Assembly (NCBI GenBank): GCA_004764695.1
Contig: SMSO01000007.1
Coordinates: 930,001-994,000 of the forward strand
Length of the DNA: 64,000 nt
Source: Schizochytrium sp. TIO01
Taxonomy: Eukaryota; Protista; Bigyra: Labyrinthulomycetes
Direction of reading: 5' to 3'
The position numbers and the translations under genes are program-made. Below, one piece after another: positions 48,331-62,100 of the stretch; the first letter of the stretch is position 1; each line of letters begins with the position of its first letter. Below the pieces are notes generated by a model, which was not told the DNA's origin, searched no databases, and saw only the letters and a list, made by a program, of their open reading frames with translations.

Positions 48331-48496
48331 CCAAAAGAAACAAAAAGAAACAAAAAGAAACAAAGAAACAAAAAGAAACAAAGAAACAAAGAAGAAAGAA
48401 GTGCTCTTAGACACTATTCAAACGAGAGAAAGAGACTCTTACAAAGGTAATTAATTAATTAATTGATTGATTGATTGATTAATTAATTAATTAATT
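48331..48496. repeat. A-rich (AAAGAAAC-type) repeat and (TAAT)/(TTGA) compound microsatellite
   Basis: aaaagaaac units at 48331-48400; taattaat...ttgattga at 48448-48496. Confidence 0.85.
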
Positions 48497-48559
48497 ACAT
48501 GAGCGAGTCTCAAGAGACCACGCAGAAAGAAAGAAGGAAAGAAATGAAGGCAGTCGAGC

Positions 48560-49297
48560 AGAATTTGCGAGCTTTGCTCGCTCTTCAAGGCCTTCGAAGA
48601 GATCCCGCGCCCCGACATCAGCAGCGCAATTGAGGACAAAGGCGCAGCCGCCTCGAGGGACGGCTTTATCAGGTTGCCTCGATCGGCAGCAGGCAGCACA
48701 ACCTTCGATCCCCTGCTAGGCGGACCGGGACAGTCTTACATTGAACGATTGCACAGCCAGGAGGAGCCCGAAGGCGGTCGGCGCCGAGCTCGCGAAGAAT
48801 AAACCACGGCGAAGATCGGTCGCTACGCCGCAGCATTTAAAGACAGCATGCCGTGCAGGAGACCACGACGGCGGATGCTGCGTTGACTCTGATCCGTCGA
48901 ACTTAAGCCGCCACCTCAGCCTGCGTGGAGTGAGGTTGGATTGCACGAGTTGGCTCGAACCTACGAAAAGGCTTACGCGCAAGCAGACAGCTGCGTCTGC
49001 GAAGGACTGCCTCTATTGAAACCCGGCTCCAATGGCAATCGGGGGAGGTGCCTGCGGCATTCCTGATTGGTTTGGAATGGGCCTTTACGAGGCCGAGTAC
49101 AGGCGCAGGCAGATGTGGCCTCGAGTCGGCAGCAATCGGCGATCTGGATATTCTTAGAACTTGGCCGCCTGTTCAGGACGACCCAGAACACCCCCGTGCG
49201 CGTGGCAGCCGCAGCTTTTGCCGTCGCGCTCGCGCTGAGCATCTCAATCCTTGCCGAGTTCGCCGCTGCCTTGTTGAAGTTTCATCTTGAGTTTTAG
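48560..49297 (+). pseudogene. GC-rich decayed gene fragment with a predicted TM helix
   Basis: Host-like codons (ttc aag gcc ttc gaa gag atc ccg cgc ccc gac atc) reading FKAFEEIPRPDISSAIEDKG...EEPEGGRRRAREE*, later VRVAAAAFAVALALSISILAEFAAALL; broken by stops and frameshifts. Confidence 0.3.
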
Positions 49298-52200
49298 CAT
49301 CACTATTGTGGTCGGCTGACAGAACTCAGCCATTGTACTTGCCGAAGAACCCAACGGCGTACATGCATCTGAAATCCAAATGCCAAGGTGCCCAGCACAA
49401 GCGGTGAAGAACTACAACCGCAGGCACAGGTCAAACTGAATAGTGCCAGAACAGGTCTCTATCCAGTCAAAAAGATGCCACACCGTAATCGTTTCTGCGT
49501 GGCGGCGAACCACCAGGCTGTTCAACTAAATCCCTCGCTCGCAAAGTGCCAGTTGCTGCCCTCGAAACGTGCAGTCAAACAAGCAAACAAATAAATAAAC
49601 AAACAAACAAACAAACAAACATATTTACCTTGACCAAGTTTTATTATTTTCTCATATTCCAATCTCGATCAGCCCGCTGCCGATACTTCTGACTTCTAGG
49701 GCAGAGCAGAGCTATAATCCGATGAGCACTGTCGTTACCTGCTCTGCTTTTAAAAGTTGTCCGGTGAGACTTGCAGGTGCCGAATAAACTCAAAGACCCG
49801 AGCAGAACCGCAGGAACTGCCGTGAAGAAGAACCGCAGCGATGAGATGAATTCATCGCAAGAATTCTCATTTCATGCCCTCTTGCACCCCATTTCCACGC
49901 TCGCGCCCGCGCGATTGCAAAAGTCCCACCCACCGCCAACTTACTTGCCTGCTGCCCCGAGGAAAACATCCCTCGTCGTACAGCGAGCTGGCCGCCGGGA
50001 ACGTGGTTTTCCTGAGCACAGCGTCATAGAAAAACACAGCGCCTCAGAGTCAGAACTATCATCACTCTGCATCAGGTTCAACTTCTGCGCTTTGCAGAGC
50101 TCGCACGGCATTGGCTGTAAATTCGTGTGCCAATGGCATTTCTCTCAAAAGCTTAAGGTGAAAGAGATGGAAAAGAATAATTATTATTTTAGTTATGATA
50201 ACAATCCCGCCAAGACCATGCAGGAGAGACAAGAACAGCGAAACAAGCAAGCAAACAAACAAACAAACAAACAGCCAGCCGCTCCGAACGCCAGTCGAAG
50301 CCCTCAGAGTCCAGGAGCAGCCATCGACTCTCCAGAGATCAGCTCGCACATCAGCCGTAGCCTGCGAAGCATTCCGTGCCGTTCTCTTCGGAACGACCAA
50401 TATGGTGCTTCCAGGACAGAACGAACAGGTGTCCTACAACTCTGTCTACCTCCCAAGGTAGTACAACAGAACTATTTTTACTTTTCGGTTGATATTGTTT
50501 ATTCTTTGTTTGATCTCCTGCTTCATCTATGTGAAAGGTTTTCTTTTTAATTCTAACTTTAATTTCGATTTCTTTTTTCTTTTACTTTTTTTTTTTTACT
50601 TTTTTTTTTTTTTTTTTAATTGACTTCCTGGATGCAAGGGAGAATGAGTTCAAGACACAGGCATCATCCGCCTCTTGAAAACACACACACATACGCAGAT
50701 TCACAGCTGTGTTTGTTATTCTCGTGGAGAAAGGACGGCGGTCCGGTGCCACGCACACCCACCGCCGAGGAAAACAACTTCTCAGCAGTGCGTACCCAGC
50801 TTTGTTTTTTACTCGGGTTGGTACCTCGTGGACAGAAGTTCTGGGCGAAAACACAGGCGAAGGAGGGATCATAAGTTGTGGTGCTTACTGTAGATCGCAC
50901 ACGCGAGCGTCTCCGATTCCAGTGATCATTTCACCAAGACTCAAAGTGAGTGAGCTCTAGTTTATAGATGTTTACAGGAGCACGAGGTCACCATTGAGGT
51001 GTGTGAGTTATAGTTGTTGTTGTTGTAGTTGTTGTTTGGCTTGGCAGCAATGATTACAGAATTACGAAGAAGCGTGCTGTGGCGCATGGAGTGGAATGTT
51101 TTGGCCTGCCTATTTGCTGCTATTGAGCCTATCATAAGCGCTTGGGCTGGCTGCTATCGGAACACTGGTGTGAACTTTGGAGCCTTTTGCCACATCCGAG
51201 CAGCCAGCGAAGCTGATGGTACCTAGGCCTCGTTCGCCAGGAAATCTCTAATTGCATCAACTTTTTGAAATCATCAGTGTCGAGCTCATGAGATCTTATA
51301 TCTTGACTCAATTTTAAAATCCACGCCAGCAAGCTAGTGATGCCAATGTGAGTAGCGTAGGGATTGGATTGATTTTATATGGCTTATGCTCCTTTTCCCC
51401 TCCATAGTAGCGCACTTTCACTTGTGATTCCTTGCAATTAGCAAATAGGACACCTGCAAATGGATATGGAGACACCATCATTTCGATACAGAAGCTATAT
51501 AAATGTGTGCAGGTTGACTCGAACAAATCAGAAGTTGATCACCGCTCTACTTCGTGTGCAACCAACGTGGAGACCTCTTCGAAGCCTGCAAGTTGTGGGC
51601 GCACCAACTTCTTCTTTTAATTTTCTTATTTTTCTTATTTTTTTAACTTTAAAAGTAACATCTATCTATATGAAACCTTAGGAGGGTCTGTATAAACGAG
51701 TAAAAGAAAATCAATTTCCAACCAAGTAGAAAAGAAAGCTTGAGAAAGAAAAGGAGTCTTCACTTCACCTCTCGTGTTCACAGCAATGAATGCACAACAG
51801 CAGTGCACTCATCTTCAAATCGACGAAGAGACTCACTCAATGATTGTCTAGCCTATATCTTAACAAGAGGTATAAAGTATAACAAAGGGTGCCGTGCAGT
51901 GCAGCCATAGCAATCGGATAGGACTCGTTAGCGGCATTTGTGTGTTCCTTTCTCATCCTGAGGACTACTACTATCTACTGGTAACTAGTGAAAGGAGGTA
52001 ATTTCATCAAGGGCTACCATAGTTGAGATGAAAAAGACCTGGCGAACCTATTTATCGTTTACTTTGTTACATTAAGCTTGGGCCAATGCACGAAAGAACG
52101 CAAGAGTACAACTCTGTTGGGCTCAATGCAGCTGAAAGAATAAACCAGGTTCTGCAACATAGAATATTGAGGGATGCGTTTTCCTTCTTTGGGCGTGCTT

Positions 52201-53653
52201 CTCTAGACCAACGATTTCTTAAGCATTCTTTAACGCATGCTGAGATGTCCACCAATAATGTAGGCTTCGCTTGTATCGAATGAGACGGTGATAAAACGAT
52301 TGTTGAACGTACCTGCAGCTAAATTTCCGAAGCACTCTTTTCCATCTCTTTACTTTCATTGCACTTCCCCATCAGCTCAAGTTTCAATTGCTATCTCACA
52401 AAGTTTCATCACGGTATTTCATCATCGCTTCCTTTCCACTCAATCCTCACATTCACTCTAATTGTCCCTCAAGTAAGACCTGTACAAGCAGCACCAGCAG
52501 CGCCACTGCAGTGCTTCAAGCAACCCAACGTGCAGCAGAAAGGCTCGCTAACCTAAAGCACGAACCCATCCAATGAAAACAATTTCGTCTCCTGCATTGC
52601 TCAGGCCACAACATCTTGCTTCGGCAAGAAGCACTCACGATCTATTTCACAAGGAATCCCAAATCCTGGCTCATGCACGAGTGGCTACGCCGCCATTAGC
52701 GAGCAAGGGTAGGCTCTCATTAGTGCATGACAAACCCCCTTAAAGGGTCACTGTGCTCGACGAGATCTTCAGAATCCCTAGCTGTGAGAACCTTGCGAGT
52801 TAACCATTTCCTTCGCAGAACCTGATTTATATATATACTCGTGCATCAACTTGGACTTCGCACAAGGTCGAAACCTTGAAATGCTGGCATAATCGATGAT
52901 GTGGAATGCTGCTCATGCTCTGTACCGTGTGACTGCAGGAAGACACAAGACGAAACTTGGATCAGACTCTCACGGCAGCAAAGCGAAATATAAATCTTCT
53001 GACATTTATAAAAGGCACATCGGAAAAGTATTAGCTTTTCGATTCTTCTAGCCTCGGCATCGCACAGGCAGGTACGCATGAACATACTCCTATCTGTATG
53101 TATGTATGAATGTATGTATATTCACAAGAAAAAATGCGTGTGTTCTACTTTCCGTCCGAACTCGAGTAAGGCCATCCATCATCCATCAATCTGCAGTTCG
53201 CCTCACAGCATAGATTGAGTTCCATGTGTTAAAATTGAAAGCTAGACAGCTTTAGATAGCTAGCAGACACGCAGGTAATGGCTGGCGGGCCATTCGCGTT
53301 CGCTCGGCGCCCACAATAGGAGCTAAGAGAGCGAAAGTTTTGGTCCTCTCGGCACCAGCAGCGGGGCCTCTGAATCGTCTCGGTTGGCCGAAAGAAAGCA
53401 GCATCAAGTCAGCAGCAGCTTTTAATTACCAGGTAATTGAAGAGTTTTTATTCGTATATTTTTATTTTTATATGATGTTTTATTACGTTTTTTTAATGAA
53501 AGAAGCGAGAGAGATCTGCTTTGGATAGCTTTTACAACTGAAAACTTCCACTTTATTCTTTCTAAGCTTTTCATGAAATTGGAAACACATTTGCTAAAAT
53601 CGACTGCCTGCCTTTGGGAAAATGGAAGTAGCCTGAAAAGTTAAATTTCACTC

Positions 53654-53683
53654 TCTTTCTTTCTTTCTTTCTTTCTTTCTTTC
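53654..53683. repeat. (TTTC)n microsatellite
   Basis: TTTC run. Confidence 0.92.
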
Positions 53684-56600
53684 GTACTTACTCTCCTTCC
53701 TTCTTTACTTTCTTCCTTTCCCCAATTTCCCCTTTTTCTCTTCCTTTTTTTAACATGTCATTATTTTACAGACTTTGATGAATTTTTATTACTTTAATTA
53801 AAAGAAAATGAAATGAATTGAATCGAATGAATAGGATCATCTTTCCCACGGGCGAACCTCTTCAACAAACGAGCATGAATTTGGATAGATGAAAGTATTA
53901 GTCATGCCATAAAACTTGACAACTCTTTGTTATCAAGGTGCTCTTGCGTGGCGGAGTGAACATCTAACTAACTAACCGCAACATTGTAGCAGGCAGCGAA
54001 AACGGTAGCAGAAACGGTAGCCAAACCAATTTTCAAGAGTCTTTGCTGCCTCTGCAAATGAAATCTACAGGAATGGATGATGTGCCTTCATTCATTTGCC
54101 AAAGATCAAACAAGCTTTGAAATCCACGATTTATAACTACTCACTACTCTGAGAGCGAGTGTTCAAGGAACGAACTATTCTACCAGGGTACTTTGATTAA
54201 TTTTAAAATAAAATTATCAACAAATCAACGCTCATGAAGCTGCAAGGTACCGCTACTCCGGCAACTCCACGCCTGCAGCTGGAGCCTAGGCTTTGAGAAT
54301 TTGCAAGAACCACAACCTGCCAGAAGGAATCAAAGTCTCCGTTAGATTATGTAGGTGACAGCTTATTGCAACAACATCCTCAAAAAAAGCTCCTCATACC
54401 ACAAGCCAGGGCAGGTATTCCGTAACCTGGGTAGGTCTATCCACGTTTCGAGACGATCTGCAGTTCTATTCATGCAACAACTGCACCTAGAGCTTGGAAT
54501 CTTCTGGGCGGTCATGATCTCCCGATGATGAATTAATTTCACCTCAACTCCTGCAATAGGTTCAAGATCATAGCAGCATCAATCAATCAAGTCAACTTAA
54601 CTCACCTCGTTCCCAAAGCTCGGCAGGAAGTTAGCCCTCTACATCTAGCTAGCTAGCCATCTATATATTCCAGAGCGAGCGAGCAGGCAGGCAGGCACGG
54701 GAAAGAGCCGCGCTGGCCTTCCAAGCTCTTCTGCCAACTTAGGTGGAAGCTGCCTCGCGCTGATTGGCTACGGGTACACCAAGGCGCCTACCACCTGGCA
54801 GCTGTTGAAATGGGGTCTTGGTTGGAAACTGAGAGGTCGATTACAAGTTTACAACTTTCATTTTACCAAAACTTATTATGCATGGCAGGCACCCTCTCGT
54901 CAACTCCACGAAGAAGCACTTCTTCATACGCATGTTTCCAACCCTTAGAGGAAGCTTGCCTGCAAAGCTCTTCCCAAAGCAGCTTGGTGCTCGACCGATC
55001 GCCCTTATTGAGCACGCACTCCTCCTCCCTCTCGCAATTGCAAGCTTGCTTCTGCGCTTGTCGATGAAAGTAGAAACGATGAACTGATTATAACTTGCTG
55101 TCTCTCCTTCCTTTGTCTTGGCTGTGCTTGGAGCGGTTTGGGCTTTTGTAAGGCAAATGATCGAATGAAATGATGGAGACATTGCAATCGAAGCCGCCGC
55201 GGCACCTCCCTCTGATGATGTTCGCTCGTGAGTGAGTGATGGATTGACCATCGTCCGATGGCAGAAGTTGCCACTCGCAGAGGAAGATCGGAGGCGGCGG
55301 TAGCTTCTGGTGCAAATGCTGTAGCTTTCTGCAGCCGAGAGCCGTAAGCGAGCCTGTGAAATCTGCCTCGCTCCAGACCAGAACCGGCGGAACGGAGTTG
55401 GCAGCTTGAACCTCGCTCGCCCTCGCGTGCGGTCTGGTCATTGCACTCGCTTCTCATCTCTCTGCAAAGCGTGCATGGCCTCCAGCTTTACATTCGTGCA
55501 TGCATTTATGTATGAATGAATGAATATATATATTTTTTTCTATAGACATGAATCTATGTTTGTAAAGCAGCCGAAAGAAAGAAAGACTCGTGTTGATTTA
55601 GTTGCTTCAACGCGAAAACGTTGGCGTGGAGAGTGGCTTGGTTGGACTTCATCACCAGGCTGCCGCAAGCTTATGAAACCTCTTTCATCGAGCGAGGTGG
55701 CGCTGCAGCAAGGCTCTTAGAATCCGGCTGCGAGGAGAGAGGTAGGTTAGTGCTTTTCTTCTATAAAAGTGCTCGGCGGCATGCGCAGCCTCAAGAGGTG
55801 CGCTAGGGGTTTCGCCTAGGCGCCGGCATGGGCCAAATTTGGGGCTGTGTATCGGTGTATCGAGATCATCCTCATAAATGGTAGCAGAAGAACAATTTGT
55901 TGGTTGACTCTTTCTTTGTCTATAAGTTTGATTACCAATTTATACATGGATTTGTTTATGCATTTACTTTTTAAAGAAGGTATTTAGATGTTTACTTGTA
56001 AATGGGTGCTCTTACAAATCTGTCGATAGACTGATGAAGATAAGAGGTTGTTACCCGACCCTCCAAGGTATTTATTTATGTTAAAACCCCCCTTAGCCAT
56101 CTGGAACAATGCCAAATGAGGAACACTCCCTGCCTGCTGCAGGAGGGAAGGGCGAAATGTAAGTAAGTACTCAGAGTGTTCGAAGAACCTGGAGAAGTTT
56201 GAGTCTGCCGGTGAGCGAAAGAAGCTTACCAGAAAGAAAGAAGTAAAGAAAGAGGGAATACCTTGGCTTTTATCGCCTTCGAGGTTTTCAGGTTTTCACT
56301 TTCTTCTTTCACGAGGGGGGGGTAAAGGCAGAAACAGAAAACACAGTCCACAGCGCGAGCTGGCCGCTGGCAACGGCCTCGTTTCATGGCCTCGACTTCT
56401 CATCGCAGCGAAGATCATCTCATGGGACGCCACCGTGGCTTACTGGCCGCCCCGGTCAGTCTGCTGTTGACAGTCTGTCGATAGTCTTAAGTGAGAGTAT
56501 TTTTTCGCAGGACGAGTTATTATAGAGCCTGAGTAACAAACAGTGACACTTTAAAAGGTTTTCTTGGTATTTTATCCTATGGTGCTTTTGCTTGCTTCTT

Positions 56601-59600
56601 AGTTGAAAGAGTTGATGGAGCGATCAGTTCTATTCCTATGGCTGTTTTTGATGAGGCACGGAATTCTTTTTAGTCGGTCCCGGCGGAACAATAGAATGAT
56701 GGCCCGTAGTCACTTGCTTACCTACTTACTTACTTACTCACTTACTGGGGTCGCCAGAACAAGCTAAACACCCTCTCTGAGTGAATGGCTCATCTGCTTT
56801 CAATTTGTTACTCTACATTTGTTATCGTGTATCTACTGCTACTTCTAACCTCTACTTCTAAAGAAAACAAAGTCCTCCCTCTCAGCTAATTTCAGTCGAG
56901 CTGGGATAACCATGAGAAAACCTCCATCAATCAAGTGAGCGAACAAAAGATCTTTTGATCTTTCTGCTTCTTAAGCAACGACAACTTAATTTTGATTTGT
57001 TCTTATGTGGTAAGATAAAACAAATCGAGTCATTTGGGCACGAGGCAACTTATGCACCAAAGGTGCGCAGTGTAAACTCAAGGCTGCGGATTTCTAAAAC
57101 CAAGAAACTGAAAATAAGCGCACCGTACAAAGAAACAGAATGTAGGCTTCGCCCATACGGGGGGTTGCTCTTCTCTACAGATGTCGTTTTCTAAACTGTC
57201 GGAAGGATTGTGTTTTGCTGTGTAACAAAATATTGCTTTGCAATTGCGCGTTTTAAGCAAACAGTTCAAGGAATCGAAATTCCGTGCTCGAAACTTCTTC
57301 AGTATGCCAAAATAGTTCTTCTTTACCTTGATATCAGTTTACAAGCTACAAAATCGTTATTGCCTATTGAATTCGTCATGGATCTTTTTGTATTTGGCCA
57401 CCATTTTATATTTACATTCTCAAGACGACAGTTGAATCAATCTTCAGACGACGACATCTTGAAATTGTGCGAGAGGAGCCTCAGTTATTATTTATCTTGA
57501 CATTTAATGTTGCATCATTAATTCAGTAGTTATATACTGCGTCATCATGAGTCTCCACATTGGCAACTTTGTTTTGCGATCTTTAATTCAACTGAGGGGG
57601 CTATGAACTTGTGTCTTGGTGGCCAGGCTGTAGCCAGTATTGGGATTTTTTTTTTATAAAGTATGGATTAAATCATCGTCACAAAACCACAGTGCTTCAA
57701 AACTAAAACGTTTATGTTTCAAGCATCCCTAGCACAATCTCCTGTACACTAGGTATCTCCGTCCTTCTTGAGATCACGTACTCAATCTCAAAATACGACA
57801 TAAAATTGATCCATTCCAGATTTTGATTTTTTTGTTTTTTAGTTTTCTAGTTTTTTTAGTTTTAAGGAACTCGAGAAACCAAAGAATCCTCGCCTCGAGA
57901 ACAATTAGCATAGTGCCACCGAGAACAACATGCAAGAACTAAACATTGGTATAGAAGCCCTGCAAGTCTCTGTTGTTCCTCCCCAGATCCTATTTGTTTC
58001 TTTCAGACAAGGTCCATCTAATTTTTCAACAATTTTTTTTTAATTTTTTAAATAACATTCCTTGAGATCAATGAACAACAAAGCCTAACACTTATCCGGG
58101 CTTAGAAAAACATCGTTTTATCCGCGCGAAACAACTTGAGGCCCTCATGAAGAAAATAAACAAAAATCTTTCTGAGCTTTTTACCTTTCCAATTATCCTG
58201 GACATTTTTTTTATTATTTACAACAAACCTTTCAAAAGTGTTTAAAAGATTCTGTAAAATATAAAATAAAAATGATGATGATGATCACTTTATGGGAAAG
58301 AAAGAATTACTACCTAAAAGGCGACTTGGAAGAGCTGTTTATTTATTCATTACTTATTGTTGTTTACCCACTTCTTTCCTTCTTTCTTTTAAAAGGATTA
58401 TAAACTATCATAAAAGGTGGTAGAAGGAGAGGGCGAATAAAGAAATTAAAGGTCATTCGCTTACAGAAAAGAAAACTTTTAATGCGTCTTCCGAAAGGCT
58501 TTGCGCGCGTAGCAATTTCCGTGTGAAAAACTCTCAGGAACTGCACGAGCGTTCCTATGCCTGCCACACTTATAATACAATAATAAGTAGCGAAAGCTAA
58601 TGCTGCGCTACCCCATCCGTAGCATCGCTTGGCCATCATCGCAACGCATTTCAGCTCGGCTCTAAATATAATTCATCGAGTGCTGCCGAAGAAGAAGAGG
58701 TCTTCAGAGCAAGTGAAGAAATGGTTCCTCTCGAGGTCGCCAAATTGTTCAACTACTGCTCAACTGCTCATCTTACGAAGGTGAATTGTATTTGCTTCTG
58801 CGTTCGTTAGTTCTTTTTATTTTTTTGTGCAAGGATGGGCGGGTGATACGTTGTTGTTCGTGCATACGGATGGGTGTCGAGAATGTGGCGCGAAAGCTTC
58901 TTTGATTCTCGAGCCTAAACTTGACTCCCCCGCAATTGAATCGTGACCGCCTGTGTCAAAAGCACCGCCCTGGAGATAGTAGATCTTGAGCCTCGAAGTG
59001 CCGCTCGCCTTAGTCATCAGCTCCAGCAAGTTTGATCGTAGCCAGATTGCACCTGTGACGAGATTACGCTCGAAGCTCTTGAGGACAGAAACAAACAAAT
59101 GCATTCGCCTTTAAAGTAGTCCCAGCGATTTTGGCTCTTCTTCATCTTCTTCGGCATCGCCAACAACTATCATCTTGTCGAGCAAGATCTTCACAACAGC
59201 CGCGACTCACGCTGGAGATTCCTGCACAAAGCGGCGGGCGTGCGTTCAACCCCGGTCTTAACAGAAGCGCTCCCAAGGTCGCCAGGACGATGGATGTTCA
59301 CTAAGACTCGAAGGTTGGTGTTCTTCGAATTCCGAGCTCGTGCACAAAATACGCTCTGCCCAACCAAGCCAAGCGCTCCGAGTTTCCCGTCGCTTCTTCG
59401 TTGGAGTCCTCCTCAAAATTGTAGGCATTGGTGGCATCGATTGGAATTGATTGGGTTGATGGAATTGATTGGATCCCGTCTTTAAAGACCCGTATCGCGT
59501 GCAGAAAGAGTCTCAGATGCCTTGCTTCCCACGGTGAGCCGGAGGACTCGTGGCACCCGCGGCAGCAGAAGACAGACAGACATCCAGGGCAATAGGCTCG

Positions 59601-60951
59601 AGCTCGAGGTCGAGGAGCTCGCGAAGACGGAGCTGGGAAAAGGCCTGCGTGAGCGAGCGAGAAGAAGGGAGTTCTCGAGGGGTTCTTGGCATATGAAGCG
59701 CCTCAAAGGTGGAGGATGCGGTGGCAGGAGGGAGACCACGGTGGCCGCAGCCATCCATATTTCCCCGCGGTCGCCTAGGTTTGTCCTTTTGTTTTGTTTT
59801 GTGCAGGTACCAGCTTGGAACTCGAGCTCTCTTCAGGGTAGGTTCTCCTTCGGGTTGAACTTCCTGAGCGAGGGCCTTCTACCAGCAAGTCATTGGAGAT
59901 GGCAGTTCGCGAGGAGAAGTCCTAGCCCAAGAGCAGAGCAGAGGTATGGGCTGTGTGCGAATTCCTGCAAATCCAGCAAGACATGCCACTTCCACAGAAA
60001 CTGAACCGCGTCGAGAAGCTTATTTGATTCACGCCGAGATCGAGCAGTGGAGAGGGCACCAGCATTCAAGCCGAGAGACGAGTCAAGCAAGCGCAGCACA
60101 GCAAGAACAGCATGCACAGGCTGCAGAGGCGTCGGGAAAAGCCACGGCTCCCTCACTCGCTTACCGAGCTCCTTTGTTTTGCACGAGACGATGAAGCTCT
60201 CGGGAGGAAAGAAAGACCTCCTCATCATCATCACCACCATCCTCCTTCGCATGCATCCAACCGTTCTCAGCCATTGGCGGATGAACGAAAGCGTAGCCTG
60301 CCTGTCATTTAATCATCGATGGAAACCTTGCTAGCTCGCTTTGCTTTCTTCCTAGGCGAGACGCTTCGAGCCACAGACTTCTCCCGAAAAGCTGAGACAG
60401 GGCAGAGACGCTCGCTACTTACTCGGAGAGAACAAGCAACAAAAGCGCAGGAACTAAGCGCAGCAGTCGGTCGGCTGCCGTGTACTTACTTCTGAAAACG
60501 AGAGGGAAACTTGCTTGCCATCCTCGTCTCGAACCTCGCCTCAAAGAATGCAGACTTGAGCAGCAGCAGCCAAAGAAAGGACATAGAAATAGAAATTCTA
60601 TACTTTAGTCTCTTCTCGAAAGTGTAACGCCTAGGAAACTGTGTTTTCCTTTGGAGACAGAAAGGGGGTTCACGAACTTGCACCAAACATTTCGTTGGCA
60701 CAGAGCGTGGACCTCGTCCTGGGAGGGGTTAGCAGCCACCAATCGAGGAGGAGGAGGAGGAGAGAAGAGAGGATGAAAGGGGTGCAACGGATGCAGTTGA
60801 AGCGAAGGAAATGGTTGGGTGTGAAAGACTTACAAAATGTTATATTTTTAATTTAATTTTAAAAATAAAAAATAAAATGAATGGAGGCTCGGAAGTAGTC
60901 GGCAAGCGAGGAGCCCCAAGTGACTGAAGACTGGAAGAGCTGGCCGCGGCA

Positions 60952-62100
60952 TCACTTTAAAACCCGTGGGCCGTGATTCTTGATCCTCAGTAAAGAAGGA
61001 TCTAGCCTGTCACTTGGTAGGTCTTCCTCAGTAGCAGACAACAGATTGATGATTTCCAAGAAATTCTTCACCATCATCTCGCCATTCTCGTCCTGCAATT
61101 TTATGCTCAAGTTGAATACCTGACCATTTTTATATCCCAAGGGGTCGTACGTTTTTCCTAAATTTTTAAATAACATTTCTTACGAAGCATCAAGCTCCAT
61201 TCCATCACTTGACAATTTTATAAATTCATAATTTGAAATGTTATACTGCCGTTGCACCATCGTCACGACATTGTTCATGCTACGACGGGTGACGATAATG
61301 ATTGAATGTGCAGCAATTATTTGTTAGTTATATTTTTTTAATTCACCGCTGACACACATTTAAAATTGGAATAGGACTCTTTCGTTGCGGTAGTAGTGTT
61401 TTTTGTATACAAATTGTCCAAGTTTCCCTGGTGTTCCTTTTTCTTTCTTCTGTTATACCAATGGCATCCTATTGTCCAATGAGCGAGGGATATTGAAAGT
61501 TTCCTTAATGTGCCAAAGAAATCTCGCCACGCCATACTATTCCTACTTATAATTGATCTTAAAAAATTGCTCGCACCCAGAATCGTCCCTATAGACTTTG
61601 CCGTTTACGAACAATATGGATGCAAGGGCGTACCCTTGAACCTTTAAGCAGGATTCTGGCACGAGGATTCTAGCATTAGAACAGGACAGACAAAGAGGCA
61701 AATCCCTCACTCGAGGAATAGAACGAAGAAGGTAGGCATAAAAACGAACAGAGGTTGAAAAGTTTGTTGTTATAAATAACTGCAAAGGTCATACAAGACA
61801 AACAGAGAGTATACCAAGATAGGTTCTCCGGACCTCACAAGTTTTTGGATAAAGAATATATTTGGTTGGAACTACACCATATATGTGTTTGATCCTACAA
61901 GTCGTCATGATAGACGAAATGGAAACTGCTGTACCTCTTGTATTACCAACTACAAATAGAATTCCGAAGTAAAAGCGCTTCTTAATCGATTCCTTGAATG
62001 AATTCGTTTCTCACAGTAGGTACCTATTTTGACTTTCTTCCCAGTAGAAAACAATCTGAGAAGATACATCATTATTTCCTTAAACAAATTCCACCAAGGT
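60952..62100 (-). pseudogene. AT-rich decayed ORF preserved in a single reading frame
   Basis: Track ORFs 60952..61176 and 61543..61785 share one frame. Reading through gives about 380 codons with about 9 internal stops and no frameshift (...LFVNGKVYRDDSGCEQFFKINYK*E*YGVARFLWHIKETFNIP...SSDGMELDAS*EMLFKNLGKTYDPLGYKNGQVFNLSIKLQDENG...). Confidence 0.45.

Noticed and set aside
49771-50550. 259-aa ORF
   Set aside because: TTG start, runs through an (AAAC)n microsatellite, no codon bias or motifs
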